A stretch of 64,000 nt of DNA from an uncultured Methylomirabilota bacterium. GTDB lineage: Bacteria; Methylomirabilota; Methylomirabilia; Methylomirabilales; 2-02-FULL-66-22. Location of the stretch: positions 672,001 to 736,000 of the forward strand of contig CAWJSJ010000005.1 of the NCBI GenBank assembly GCA_963845565.1. The letters run 5' to 3'. Numbering within the stretch: position 1 is the first letter of the stretch; each line of letters opens with the position of its first letter. Made by a program: the position numbers and the translations under genes. The notes beneath the pieces were generated by a model. The model saw nothing but the letters and a program-made list of their open reading frames with translations, was not told the DNA's origin and searched no databases. Below, in pieces: positions 10,110-21,849 of the stretch.

Positions 10110-10607
10110 ATGAAGACGATGCTCAAGGTCACAGCAATCGCCACTACCCTCGTCGTGTTGCTCCTCGCCGACCTCGCGCTCCTGGTGCCGGATACGCACG
10201 CGATCCTCGGCGTCTGGCGCCGGCACGCGCGCCGGTGGGCCGTCGTCGGGACCGCCGCCGTCGCGAGCACTGCGGCCGTGGCGGCGGCCGGCGCAACCGC
10301 CGCGGCCGCCAGCGAGAGCGCCGCCGCGCAACAGCAGGCCGCCGCCGCGCAACAGCAAGCAGCCGCGGCACAGCACCAGGCCGCCGCCGCGCAACAGCAG
10401 GCCGCGAGGGCCCAACAGCAAACCGCGACCGCCTCGCCGCCTGCCGCCGCCGGGAAGGAGTTGCCGCTGGGCACCGTCGTGTCCATGCTCCCCGCGGGGT
10501 GCGTCACCACCCCGGTGGGCGGCGTGGAGTACTACTACTGCGGCGGGAACTTCTATCGCGCGGTGTTCCAGGGAAACAGCCTGGTGTATGTCACCGCGCG
10601 GCCCTGA
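10110..10607 (+). CDS. Secreted Ala/Gln-heptad protein with C-terminal Cys-containing domain (DUF6515-like), copy 1
   Basis: (AAAAQQQ)n followed by LPAGC...YYYCGGNFYRAVFQG. Confidence 0.75.
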   Translation: MKTMLKVTAIATTLVVLLLADLALLVPDTHAILGVWRRHARRWAVVGTAAVASTAAVAAAGATAAAASESAAAQQQAAAAQQQAAAAQHQAAAAQQQAARAQQQTATASPPAAAGKELPLGTVVSMLPAGCVTTPVGGVEYYYCGGNFYRAVFQGNSLVYVTARP

Positions 10608-10700
10608 TGACTGCTGGCGTGCGGTTGGCGAGCGTGCCTTCGTTGGAATAGGTCGAGCGCTTCACGAGTGGGGCACCCGACCCAAAGGAGGAAACGGTAA

Positions 10701-11477
10701 ATGAACGTCTCGCACTTGCAAGCGGCCGTAAAGATGTTCCTGATCGTGGCCCTTGTGGTTGTCGCGGCCCCGACGGCCCAGGTGCAAGGGGCCGGCGTGG
10801 ACCCGGGGGCCGAACGCCTCCTGCGGCGGATGACCGATCACATGGCGGGTCTGCAGCAGTTCAGCGTCGAAACCCAGAACACGCTGGAGGCGGTACTGGC
10901 CTCCGGTCAGAAGATTCAATTCGCTGTGAACGCCTCCGTCATGCTGCGGCGGCCGAACAAGCTACGCGCCGATCGCATTGGCGACCTGGTCAGCCAAGAG
11001 TTTTACTACGACGGCAAGGCCCTGACGTTGTACAACCCCGCGGACAAGGTCTACGCCACGGTTGCAGCGCCTGACACGGTCGAGGGCATGTTGGATTTCG
11101 CGCGCGACCAGCTCGACATCATCGTGCCCGCCGGTGACTTCCTCTACCGGAACGCATTTGACCTGCTCATGCAGGTCACAACCTCGGGATTCGTGGTGGG
11201 CAAGGCGATGATCGGTGGGGTGAAGTGCGACCACCTTGCCTTCGGCGGCCCGGAGGTCGACTGGCAGGTGTGGATCTCCGAAGGCGACCAGCCACTACCA
11301 CGCAGGTATGTCGTCACGACCCGAGACCCCGCATCGCATCCCGCGTTCACGGCGGTGATGACCAACTGGAACGTTGCGCCTAACCTGACTGACGCCCAAT
11401 TCAGCCTTGCGCCGCCCGCGGGCGCGAAGCCGATCGACTTCCTCACGCGCGAGGCGGGCAGCGCGCCCACCCGCTGA
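10701..11477 (+). CDS. DUF2092 periplasmic protein (copy 2)
   Basis: Clear paralog of 9308-10090. Confidence 0.85.
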   Translation: MNVSHLQAAVKMFLIVALVVVAAPTAQVQGAGVDPGAERLLRRMTDHMAGLQQFSVETQNTLEAVLASGQKIQFAVNASVMLRRPNKLRADRIGDLVSQEFYYDGKALTLYNPADKVYATVAAPDTVEGMLDFARDQLDIIVPAGDFLYRNAFDLLMQVTTSGFVVGKAMIGGVKCDHLAFGGPEVDWQVWISEGDQPLPRRYVVTTRDPASHPAFTAVMTNWNVAPNLTDAQFSLAPPAGAKPIDFLTREAGSAPTR

Positions 11478-11495
11478 GGGAGAAAGGAGGAACAG

Positions 11496-12014
11496 GTGAA
11501 GACGATCCTCAAGAGTGTTGTCATCGGCAGTACGCTTGCGGTGATATTATTTGGCGCGATCGAGACACAGGCGCCCCTCGGCATCCGACTCGTCCCCGAC
11601 GCGCATGCCATCATCGGTTTGCCGTTCACGCCGCTGAGCTTCGCCGGCGTCGCGCGCCGCACCGCGTTCAGGACCATGATGTGGAGCGGCGCGGCGGCGA
11701 GTGCCAGTGCGGCCACTGCGGCACAGCACCAGGCGGCGGCTGCGCAACAGCAAGCAGCGGCGGCGCAACAGCAAGCGGCGGCCGCGCAACAGCAAGCCGC
11801 CGCGGCACAGCACCAGGCCGCGGCCGCCGCGGCCCCAGGCCACCCGCCGCAGCGGGACATATCTTGCCGCTCGGTACGGTGGTGCAGCAGTCTGCCAGCC
11901 GGCTGCATCTCGACACCGGTCGGCGGCCGGGACTACTTTTACTGCGGCGGCAATTTCTATCGGGCCGCCTTCCAGGGGAACAACCTGGTGTATGTGACGG
12001 CAAAGCCAGACTGA
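11496..12014 (+). CDS. Secreted Ala/Gln-heptad protein (DUF6515-like), copy 2
   Basis: Paralog of 10110-10607; AGVARRT motif; probable compensating frameshifts at about 11835-11885. Confidence 0.75.
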   Translation: MKTILKSVVIGSTLAVILFGAIETQAPLGIRLVPDAHAIIGLPFTPLSFAGVARRTAFRTMMWSGAAASASAATAAQHQAAAAQQQAAAAQQQAAAAQQQAAAAQHQAAAAAAPGHPPQRDISCRSVRWCSSLPAGCISTPVGGRDYFYCGGNFYRAAFQGNNLVYVTAKPD

Positions 12015-12090
12015 CGCCGGATCCGAAAAGAGCCCGTCTCTCGCGAAGCCGCCAAGGCGCCACCGGGGGCCGCCAAAGGAAGAGTTGAGT

Positions 12091-12130
12091 GGGAGACGGG
12101 GTGATCGGGAAATTGGGTGATTGGGAGAGG
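12091..12130 (+). repeat. 8-nt periodic array (GGGWRATT variant)
   Basis: GGGAGACG GGGTGATC GGGAAATT GGGTGATT GGGAGAGG. Confidence 0.65.
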
Positions 12131-12441
12131 GGAAACATTAGCAACACGGTGTCGGGTCCGTCTCTCCCTCCCCTTGTCACCCACTCCCTCGATCATCTTT
12201 CGCGTGGCGCGCCGGGGGTTCAACGTTGACGCGTGGTGAGCGTGGCGAGAGGGCGGTCGTCGGAACATTGTAACGGATGAATGGTTCACGGATTTGGTTA
12301 TCTTGGGGGTTTCGCTGAACTTGCATTCTATTGAAAACTCGGAGTGTCAATCCGAGTTTTCAATGGAGACGATCGAAAGTCCCTGCGGGCCATGACCACC
12401 TCGTCGGCCCGTTAGGGAGCCAACGGGAGGAAGGTGACGGG

Positions 12442-12895
12442 ATGAGCGCTACGTGGAGAATGCTACGGTACGGGGTCTGTCGGCAGGGCATGCGCGCGCT
12501 GGGCGTGGTCGCGGTGGTGGCGGTACTCGGCATCGCCGGGCAGGTCGCCGACGCCGGGCAGCCCACCGCGCAGTCCGCTGAGCAATCCGATCCCCAGCGC
12601 CTGGTCGGGCGCTGGGTCCGGCCCGACGGGGGCTACGTCCTGGACGCTGCGGGAGGTCACGAAGGAAGGCAGCGTGAAGGCTTCCTATTTCAATCCCCGG
12701 CCGATCAACGTGGCCCGGGCGGAGGTGCGCCGCGTCGCCGGCGCGCTCACGGTGGTCGTCGAGCTGCGCGACGTCAACTATCCGGGCTCGACCTACACGC
12801 TACAGTACGACCCGGCGTCCGACCGGCTCAAAGGGGCCTACTTTCAAGCGGTAGAGAAGCAGACATTTGTCGTCGAGTTTGTACGAGCCAAGTGA
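12442..12895 (+). CDS. Hypothetical secreted protein (frameshift near 12650)
   Basis: GRWVRPDGGYVL then ASYFNPRPINV...LRDVNYPGSTYTL. Confidence 0.7.
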
Positions 12896-12949
12896 GGTAG
12901 GTCCCCGTGGACGCGCCGGTCAGGTATGGTCGGGGCGACATCTCGCAGA

Positions 12950-12989
12950 GATCGCCCAATTGCCGAGTCGCGTGGTTGCCAAATTGCCG
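12950..12989 (-). repeat. 8-nt periodic array (NGGCAATT family)
   Basis: GATCGCCC AATTGCCG AGTCGCGT GGTTGCCA AATTGCCG, enclosed by a TCTCGCA/TGCGAGA inverted repeat. Confidence 0.7.
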
Positions 12990-13061
12990 CCCCTTGGCAT
13001 TTTTGCGAGAGACAGTTTTCGTAGGATTGGAGGTATGACGCTGTCGAGAGGAGGTAGTGCC

Positions 13062-13634
13062 ATGATTGCCCGCGTATTGTTCACACTGCTTGCCGTCGTC
13101 GCGTTGTTGTCGAGTGGTCCGGCCTTCGCCCAGGACGAATCCGCGGTGATCCAGCGTCGCAACGAGGTCCGCGAGATCGTGCATGAAAGTCTTGCGGCCC
13201 TCTACGAGACCGCCCCTGGCGCAAGGGTGACCATCGAGCGCGCCGCAGGCTACGGGGTGTTCAGCACCTTCGGACTGAAGATCTTCTACGGTGGCGGGAC
13301 GACCGGGAAGGGGGTCGTGATCAACAATGCCACCCACCGCAACACCTTCATGAAGATGGTGCAGGTGCAAGCGGGTTTCGGGTTCGGGGTCAGCAAGAAT
13401 CGGCTCATCTTTGTTTTCGAGACGCAGAAGGCGCTGCGCGATTTCATCAATCAGGGGTGGGAGTTCGGCGGGCAGATGTCGGCCGCCGCCATGGTCGCCG
13501 ACCAGGGTGGGATGTTTGCCGGCGCGGCCTCGGTCTCCCCCGGGGTCTATCTCTACCAGCTCACCGAGACGGGGCTCTCGGCCTCGATCACGGTCAGCGG
13601 GACGAAATACTTCAAGGACGACGAGCTGAACTGA
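13062..13634 (+). CDS. Ysc84/SYLF-like lipid-binding periplasmic protein
   Basis: Signal peptide; AAGYGVF, GGGTTGKGV, GWEFGGQ, YQLTETGL, GTKYFKDDELN. Confidence 0.8.
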   Translation: MIARVLFTLLAVVALLSSGPAFAQDESAVIQRRNEVREIVHESLAALYETAPGARVTIERAAGYGVFSTFGLKIFYGGGTTGKGVVINNATHRNTFMKMVQVQAGFGFGVSKNRLIFVFETQKALRDFINQGWEFGGQMSAAAMVADQGGMFAGAASVSPGVYLYQLTETGLSASITVSGTKYFKDDELN

Positions 13635-13657
13635 GACGTCTCGGCTGAGACGCACCC

Positions 13658-13790
13658 ATGGAAACCATCGCGTGCTCCGACTGCGATCTGTTGCAGCGCC
13701 TTCCGGCACTCCCGTCCGGCGGTAAAGCGCGCTGTCTGCGGTGCGGCAGTACGCTCGCGACCCAGCCGGGCGATCCGCCGCGCACAGTCG
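13658..13790 (+). pseudogene. N-terminal fragment of paraquat-inducible protein A
   Basis: IACSDCDLLQRLPALPSGGKARCLRCGSTL zinc-ribbon start; membrane domain absent. Confidence 0.6.
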
Positions 13791-13943
13791 CGCCATCGCG
13801 CGGCTCAGCCGGGACATTGCGGACGCGGTGCGAGCGCTCGATCGCGCCGGGCCGTAGCTGGCGCGGGGACGTTGAAGGACCGGTCATAGTTTGCAGAGAC
13901 GATGCAGGAGACCCCAATGAACCGAGACCAAAGGAGGGAGCCG

Positions 13944-16465
13944 ATGCGAACGTTCAGACACGGGCTTTTCCGCTGCGTGACAGTCACCGCCGTTGCCGTT
14001 TTCCTACTGGCGGGCTGCGCATCGCAGCCCGGGCCCACGCAGGTCACCGGGACGCTGGGCTCGCCCAGCGCCACCACCACCATTGACGGGAGGCAACTCC
14101 CGGCACCCGACCCGAGTTTCGGCGGCGTGATCAAGGACGGCGCCCTGCAATCCACACCCTGGTGGGCGCCGCGCGTCGTGCCGCCCAAGGGGGCGCCCAA
14201 CGTGCTGCTGATCATCACCGACGATGCCGGCTTCGGCGTGCCCAGCACCTTTGGCGGCGTCATTCCGACGCCGACGATGGACCGCATCGCGAAGGAGGGC
14301 CTGCGCTACAACCGCATGTTCTCCACGGCGTTGTGCTCGCCCACGCGCGCCGGGCTGATCACCGGGCGGAACCACCACTCGGCCGGCTTCGGCGTGGTGT
14401 CCGAGCAGTCCACCGGTTTCCCCGGCTACAACAGCATCATCGGCAAGGACAAGGCGACGATCGGGCGCATCCTGCTCGACAACGGCTACGCCACGTCCTG
14501 GTTCGGCAAGAACCACAACACGCCGGCCTTCGCGGCCAGCCAGGTCGGGCCGTTCGACCAGTGGCCGGTCGGCATGGGCTTCGAGTACTTCTACGGCTTC
14601 GTCGGCGGCGACGCCAACCAGTGGCAGCCGAACCTGTTCCGCAACACGACGCAGATCTATCCGTTCGAGGGCAAGCCGGGGTGGAACCTCGTCACCGGCA
14701 TGGCCGACGACGCCATCGACTACATGACGCGGATTCACCAGATCGACCCATCCAAGCCGATCTTCATCAAGTACGCGCCCGGCGCCACGCACGCGCCGCA
14801 CCACCCGACCAAGGAGTGGGTGGACAAGATCAGCAAGATGAAGCTCTTCGACGAGGGCTGGAACAAGGTGCGCGAGCGCATCTTCGAGAACCAGAAGCGG
14901 CTCGGCGTGATCCCGCAGGACGCCAAGCTGCCGCCCTGGCCGAAGGACGTGCTGAAGGAGTGGGACCAGTTGACGGCGGAGGAAAAGAAGCTGTACATCC
15001 GCCAGGTCGAGGTCTTCGCCGCCTACGCCGCCTACAACGACCACGAGATCGGGCGCGTGGTCCAGGCCTTCGAGGATCTGGGCAAGCTCGACAACACGCT
15101 GATCATCTACATCAACGGCGACAACGGCACCAGCGCCGAGGGCGGGCCGATGGGCACGCCCAACGAGGTCGCATGGTTCAACGGCCTCAATCAACTGCCC
15201 GTCGAGGTGCAGATGAAGTTCTACGACGTGTGGGGCACCGAGCAGACCTACAACCACATGTCGGCCGGCTGGTCGTGGATGTTCGACGCACCGTTCAACT
15301 GGTTCAAGCAGAACGCCTCGCAGCTCGGCGGCGTCAACCAGAACATGGTGGTGTCGTGGCCGGCGCGCATCAAGGACAAGGGCGGCCTGCGCGAGCAGTT
15401 CGTGCACGTGATCGACGTCGTGCCGACGATCCTCGAGGCCGCCGGCATCCGTGCGCCCGAGATGGTCGACGGCATCAGGCAGGCGCCGATCGAGGGGACG
15501 AGCTTCGCCTACACCTTCGACGCGGCCAACGCGAAGATGGCGTCGCGCCACAGGACCCAATACTTCGAGATGATGGGCCAGTGGGCGCTCTATCACGACG
15601 GCTGGTTCCTGAGCACGAAGGTCAATCGTGCGCCGTGGGAAGCCTTCGGCCCGGCCAACCCGGATCCGCTGAACAACCAGGTGCTCGAGCTCTTCGACCT
15701 GAACACCGACTTCAGCCAGAGCGAGAACGTCGCGGCGAAGTACCCGCAGAAGGTCAAGGATCTGAAGGAGATGTTCATCGCCGAGGCCAAGAAGTACCAG
15801 GTCTTCCCGCTGGACGCGTCGGTGGCGGCGCGCATCGTCGCGCCGCGGCCGAACATCACCGCCGGGCGCACCGAGTTCGTCTACACGCGGCCGATGGTCG
15901 GTCTGCCGCAGGGCGATTCGCCGCATGCTGCTGAACGCCTCGTACACCATCACCGCCGACATCGAGGTGCCGCAGGGCGGCGCCGAGGGCATGATCCTGA
16001 CCTCGGGCGGGCGCTTCGCGGGCTACGGCTTCTACCTGCTCAAGGGCAAGCCGGTGTTCCTGTGGAACCTGGTCGACCTCGAGCGCCTGAAGTGGGAAGG
16101 CCCCGAGGCGCTGCCGCCGGGCCGGCACACGGTCGAGTTCGACTTCAAGTACGAGGGGTCTGGGCGCGGGCACGCTTGCGTTCAACAACTTCAGCGGCCT
16201 GGGCCGACCCGGCACGGGCACGCTGAAGGTGGACGGCAAGGTGGTCGCCACGAAGCGGATGGAGAAGACGCTGCCGATGATCCTGCAATGGGACGAGAGC
16301 TTCGACATCGGCTCCGACACCCTGACGGGCGTGAACGACGCGGATTACAAGCCGCCGTTCGCCCTGACGGCCAAGCTCAACAAATTGACGATCAAGGTCG
16401 ACCGCCCGCAGTTGTCGCCGGAGGACATCAAGAAACTCGAGGCGGCGATGCAGAAGAAGGACTAG
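13944..16465 (+). CDS. Lipoprotein Cys-type arylsulfatase 2 (frameshifts near 15920 and 16160)
   Basis: Lipobox LAGC; LCSPTRAGLITGR; paralog of sulfatase 1. Confidence 0.92.
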
Positions 16466-16675
16466 CACAACAGCGGCAACACGTGGTTCCAGCCGTCTTG
16501 CGGCGCGAACGGCGTCTTCTGCCGGGTGGCGCCTACGCCCTGAAGCGGCTCACGCGTGCGCCGCCCGTCCACACCACGAGCGACGCGGCCAACGTTGTAC
16601 CGAGAGGATCGGCGGCGAGCAGCTTCCGCCGCCGATTGCCCGGGCCATGACAGCATTAAGGAGAAGGAGGACGAC

Positions 16676-17508
16676 ATGCGGCACCACGCAAACCAGGGTC
16701 GCATGCGAATGGCATACGCGGCCTTACCGATCCTGCTGACGCTCCTGCTCGCCGCCCCGCTGTGGGGGGCAGACGATGCCACGGAACTGGCCAAGAAGAC
16801 CCAGAACCCGGTGGCGGACCTGATCAGCATCCCGCTCCAGAACAACTTCAACTTCGGGGTGGGGCCGAACAACGTGACGCAGTATGTTGGTAATCTCCAG
16901 CCAGTGATCCCGATCAAACTGACCGAGGAGTGGAATCTGATCACGCGGACGATCCTGCCCATCATCAACCAGCCATCGCCGGCGCCGGGTGTCTCCAGCA
17001 ACTTCGGCCTGGGCGACCTCAATCCAACGCTGTTCCTCTCCCCGGCCAAACCGGGCGCGCTCATCTGGGGCGTCGGCCCGACGTTCACCTTCCCGACGGC
17101 GACCGACACCGCGCTCGGGAGCGGGAAATGGAGCATGGGGCCGGCGGCCGTCGTGCTCACCATGCACGGCCCCTGGGTGCTCGGGGCGCTGGCGAACCAG
17201 CAGTGGTCGGTCGCCGGGGATTCGGCCCGCCGCAGCGTCAGCCAGTTACTGATCCAGCCGTTCGTGAACTATAACTTGCCGGACGGCTGGTATCTCACGA
17301 GTTCGCCCATCATCACGGCCAACTGGATGGCGGACAGTGGGGATCAGTGGACGGTGCCCCTCGGGGGCGGGTTCGGCAAGCTCTGGCGGGTCGGCAAGGT
17401 CGGACTGCCGGTGAACACCAACTCGCGGCGTATTACAACCTCGAGAAACCGCAAGGGGCGGCGGATTGGCAGTTGCGTTTCCAGGTCCAGCTCCTGCTCC
17501 CGAAATGA
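16676..17508 (+). CDS. Putative outer-membrane beta-barrel/transporter (family often mis-annotated as neuromedin U); frameshift near 17420
   Basis: ELAKKTQNPVADLISIPLQNN, GLGDLNPTLFLSP, WTVPLGGGFG, terminal WQLRFQVQLLLPK. Confidence 0.8.
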
Positions 17509-17558
17509 GCGGGAGAGGGGAACGACGATAACGACGATATGGACAGGGAGTCAGAGAA

Positions 17559-18059
17559 ATGACAAAGATGCACATCTCGCAAAGGCATTGTCGCATGCTC
17601 ATGATCGTGTTATGCGTCGCCGCTCTTACTGCCTGCGGGTTAGCCAAACCGATGCCTCCTCTTGACAGCTTTGCGCATCGGAGCGCGGACGGGACGGTGG
17701 CCCTCTACTGGAATTGCAGCCGCCCCGGTGCGGGAGTCGTGCGCGTAGAGGGGTGGGCGAACAACCCCTACTACCCGAACGCCATCCAGGACCTGGAGGT
17801 CATCCTGTACGGGGTGAACGCCCAGGGCAGCACTGTCTCGCAGGCCAAGGGAAGCGCCCAGAACTACCAGATTCAAACCAATGAACCCTCGCCGTTTTCG
17901 GTCGATCTCAAGACCGTGGGCGGGGAGGTGCGGTATGACATGGTGTACCAGTATTGGGGCGGTGGGGATGACGGGATGGGACGGCGGGGTGGTGGTGGTT
18001 TTGGCGGTGAGCGCCAGCAGAACATGGCCCGCGACGTCTGCGTCGGCCTAGCCCCGTAA
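17559..18059 (+). CDS. Hypothetical lipoprotein
   Basis: Lipobox LTAC, coherent 166-aa ORF. Confidence 0.65.
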   Translation: MTKMHISQRHCRMLMIVLCVAALTACGLAKPMPPLDSFAHRSADGTVALYWNCSRPGAGVVRVEGWANNPYYPNAIQDLEVILYGVNAQGSTVSQAKGSAQNYQIQTNEPSPFSVDLKTVGGEVRYDMVYQYWGGGDDGMGRRGGGGFGGERQQNMARDVCVGLAP

Positions 18060-18068
18060 CGAAAAATG

Positions 18069-18228
18069 AAGCACGAAATCCGAAGCTCGAAACTCGAAAC
18101 AAAAGGCAATGTTCAAAAGGGCTGAAGGTTTTAAACGGAGGGCCAACGCGGAGGGGGTTTCGGTTTTCGGCTATTTCCACGGTCGGATTGAATGCGTTTC
18201 GAATTTCGACATTCGAGTTTCGAATTTT
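18069..18228. repeat. Heptamer-array hairpin element (AAATCCG / TTTCGAA)
   Basis: AAGCACG AAATCCG AAGCTCG AAACTCG ... TTTCGAA TTTCGAC ATTCGAG TTTCGAA. Confidence 0.75.
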
Positions 18229-18249
18229 GGGGGTGAGAGAGGACCAACC

Positions 18250-20890
18250 ATGGTGCGTCGGAGAGGTGCCACAGCGATCGCGTTCATTTTCATCGGCTGG
18301 CTAATGGGGATCGGTGCCGCCCGGGTGCACACCGCCACGGGGGCCACCCCGGTTGGGGACCAATGGCCGCGGGAGTTCAAGCTCACCAATGCCACGCTGC
18401 TCGTGTACCAGCCGCAGGTCAACTCGCGGGAAGGGAACCTGCTCGACTTCGGGCGGCGGTGGGTGTCAAGCCGGCCGGATCTGAGGCCGGGAGATGTTCG
18501 GCGTGATCTGGGCGAACGGCGCGGACACAGGTGGACAAAGTCGCGCGGATGGTGACCCTGGAAGACGTCACCCTGAGCAAGAGCCAGTTCCCCATGCTTC
18601 CCGACAACGGAGTCCGCGTACACGAGCGCGTTGCGGAAGCAGATGGCAAGCCACCGCCGCAGCGGACCATCGCGTTGGACCGCCTGGAGGCGTCGTTGGC
18701 CGCCTCCGGCACCGCGACGCCTGCGGGCGTCCCGGTGAACACCACGCCGACCGCGGATCCTCGTCAGCTACGCGCCGGCGCTCCTCGTGCATATTGACGG
18801 CCCTCCCGTCCTGCGGCCGATCCCCGGTACGCGGTTCGAGCGGGTCATCAACACCCAGGCGCTCATCCTGCGCGAGCAGGGCAGCACAACCTATCTATCC
18901 TCCACGTCTACGACGGCTGGCTCTACGCCGGCGCGATCGACGGGGCCTTGGTGCCAGCCGATGGTCATTCCGCCGGGCATCGATCAGGTCGCCGGCGAGC
19001 TGGCCGAAGGCGGGATGGTGGACCTGATAGACGGCGGGGACGCGCAGCCCAAACCGTCGCTCGCGCACGGGCGTGCCGACGATCTACGTGAGCGAGACCC
19101 CGACGGAGCTCATCGTCGTTCAAGGGGCAGCCCGAACTTTGCGGCCATCGCGGGGACGAGCCTGCACTGGGCGTCGAACACGGCGACGACGTGATCTTCG
19201 AACGCGCGGACAAGAGCTACTATGTCCTCGTATCCGGCCGCTGGTACCGCAGTCGCGGCCCTCGGCGGCCCGTGGGACTATGTGGCGAGCCCGAGCCTCC
19301 CGGCCGACTTCGGCCGGATCCCGGCGACCTCGCCGGCCGGCGTGGTGCTCGCGGCCGTGGCCGGGACCCCGCAGGCCCAGGAGGCCGTCATCGCCAACTC
19401 GATTCCCCAGACGGCGACGGTGCCACGCGTGAACGGACCGAAGTTCACTCCGGTCTTTGACGGCGACCCCGCAGCTCCAGGCCGATCGAGGGCACGCCGC
19501 TCGAGTACGTCGTCAACGTCCCCGACGCCGGTCATCCGAGTGGACGCCGGGACGTACTACTCGCTCCAGGCCGGCGTCTGGTTCTACGCGATCTCGCTCA
19601 GCGGCCCGTGGTACGTGGCGCCGGCCGTGCCCGCGGTGATCTACACCATCCCCGTCACCTCGCCGCTGCACTACGTGACGTACGTGCACGGTGTACGGGT
19701 CGACGACGCAGGTGGTCTATGTCGGCTATACGCCCGGGTACCTGGGCACGGTGGTCGCGCCGGGCGGCGTGGTCGTGTACGGCACGGGGTACGTCTATCA
19801 GCCGTGGATCGGCACCGTCATGGTATCCTCCGCCGGTCACCTACGGCGTGATGGCGCAGCCCGTCTACAATCCCGGCGGTGGGGATGACCTTCGGTTTCG
19901 CCATGGGCGTTGCCACGGCGTCGGCGGTGTACGGCATGGGGCGCCGTCCCCTATTACCACCCGGCCTACTACGGGGGCTATCCCTGCTGCGGCTCGGCCA
20001 GCGCCAACGTGTACGGGCAGTACGGCAGCACGGCGTATTCGGGGACCCGGAGCGTACTACAGCAACGGCCGGCGGGACGGTACGGGACCACGGCCAGCGG
20101 GACCTATCACAATTACGCCACCGGCACGAGCGGCAGCTATGCGGCCGGGCGGAGCTACAATCCGTACACGGGGCAGGCGGTCGGCGGGCTACGGGCGCAC
20201 GTTCAATACTCCCAGTGGCGTTTCGACGGGGGCGGTCGCGCGCGGTGCCACGTATAACCCGCAGACCGGCACCGCCACGACCGGCACCGCCGGCACGGCC
20301 ACCGGACCGGGCGGTCGTTCCACGACCTCGGCGGAAGCGACGCGCTCGGCCAACGTCTACGGGCAACAATCGGCCCAGGCCGAGCATGCGACCACGAACC
20401 CGAACACGGGGACCACGCGGACCGGCGAGACCACGGCAGCCGCCGGCCCTGGAGGGGCGGCGCGCCCAGCACACGACCACGGTCGTCCGACTCGAACACC
20501 GGCCAGTCGAAGACGTTCTCGCTCCGGCGCGGGCGTCATGCCGGCAACACGGCATACGCAGACCACAACGGCAACGTCTACACGAGCAGCAGTAGCGGTT
20601 GGGAGCAGCATTCCTCCGGCGGCTGGCAGAGCGCCAGCAAGCCGCCCGAGTCGGTTCAGAACGAGTGCCGCGGCCCGCAGCCAGGGCGAAGAGAGATTTC
20701 AATAACTTCAAGCAGAGCGGCGGTGGAGTGCGTGGAGCTGGGCCAGTCGGGCGGGGGAGGAGCGACTGGGCCAGCCGATCCGGCGGCAGCAGTTGGCAGG
20801 TTCGGTGGCGGCGGAGGCGGGGGCGGGTCGACCGGTGGTGGGCTGGGGCGGCCGCTTGGTGGTGGCGGGAGGTTTGGTGGCCGACGGTGA
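18250..20890 (+). CDS. Large secreted protein with Gly/Tyr/Thr-rich tail (paralog of 44762-46894); many frameshifts
   Basis: Shared motifs WPR..YQPQV, YYVLVSGRW, VLAAVAGTPQAQEAVIANSIPQTA, GYTPGYLGTVV, VYGTGY. Confidence 0.75.
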
Positions 20891-20920
20891 ACAGCTGGAA
20901 ACCGCGAAACGAGGAAATAT

Positions 20921-21045
20921 ACATCCGAAATCCGAATCTCGAAATCCGAAGCAAGTATCAATGTTCACAGTTCGAAAGGAGCGAATGATCCGTTTTGCAC
21001 ATTGCCGCTTTCGGATTTGAATTTGGATTTCGTTTTCGAATTTGT
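20921..21045. repeat. Heptamer-array hairpin element (same family as 18069-18228)
   Basis: ACATCCG AAATCCG AATCTCG AAATCCG, shared CAATGTTCA core, then TTTCGGA...TTTCGAA. Confidence 0.7.
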
Positions 21046-21096
21046 GCTTTGCGTTGGACTGGATATTCGGCATCAGGGCGGCAAATGGAGCCAACC

Positions 21097-21785
21097 ATGA
21101 GATTGCAACCCTTCATCCTGGCGGCCTGCTGGTCATCGGCTTTTCGCAGCACGCCTCGGCCCAGGGTGCCCCGTCCGGTAACATGCAGATGGCGGCCCAG
21201 ATCACCGAGGCGCGCAGGGCGCAACGCCACCCTGATGCGCCAGTACACCTGGAACAGCCGCACGGAGGTGATCGAGAATAACGAAGTCAAGGATACGCGC
21301 ATCGAACTGGTCAATTACACTCCCGACGGCATGCTGGTGCGGAGCGTCCTCAACGACCAGAGCGCGTCCTTACCGCGCGGCTTCCTGCGCCGTGCCATCG
21401 CCGAGGACCAGAGGAAAAATTGGAGGACTATCTGACCGACTTGCGGGGTCTCCTCGAGCAGTACGCGAATCCGACGGAAGGGAAGATTCTCGACTTCTTG
21501 AATCAGGCCACGACCTCCGGCCCGGATGCTGCTGGGCTCTTCGAGATGACCGGGCGAAATGCCATGGTCCCGGGCGACACCCTCTCCATGTGGACGGACG
21601 CACGAACCAGGCACACGCGCAAGATTCAGGTCAGCACCAACTATAAAGGCGATGCGGCGAACGTCACGGCCACGTTCCAGACCCTCGCCAGCGGGCTGAC
21701 CTACATGGCCTATGCCGAGATCGCCGTCCCTTCCAGGCAGGTGAGTGTGCAGGTCCAGAACTTCAACTATACGCGCCCAAACTGA
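21097..21785 (+). CDS. Hypothetical secreted protein (frameshifts)
   Basis: LMRQYTWNSRTE ... VQVQNFNYTRPN across frames. Confidence 0.6.
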
Positions 21786-21849
21786 TCCTGACGAGCGCGT
21801 GGCCTGGCCGGAACTGCGCCAAGTACAATGCGTGAAAGGAGAGCGTGAC

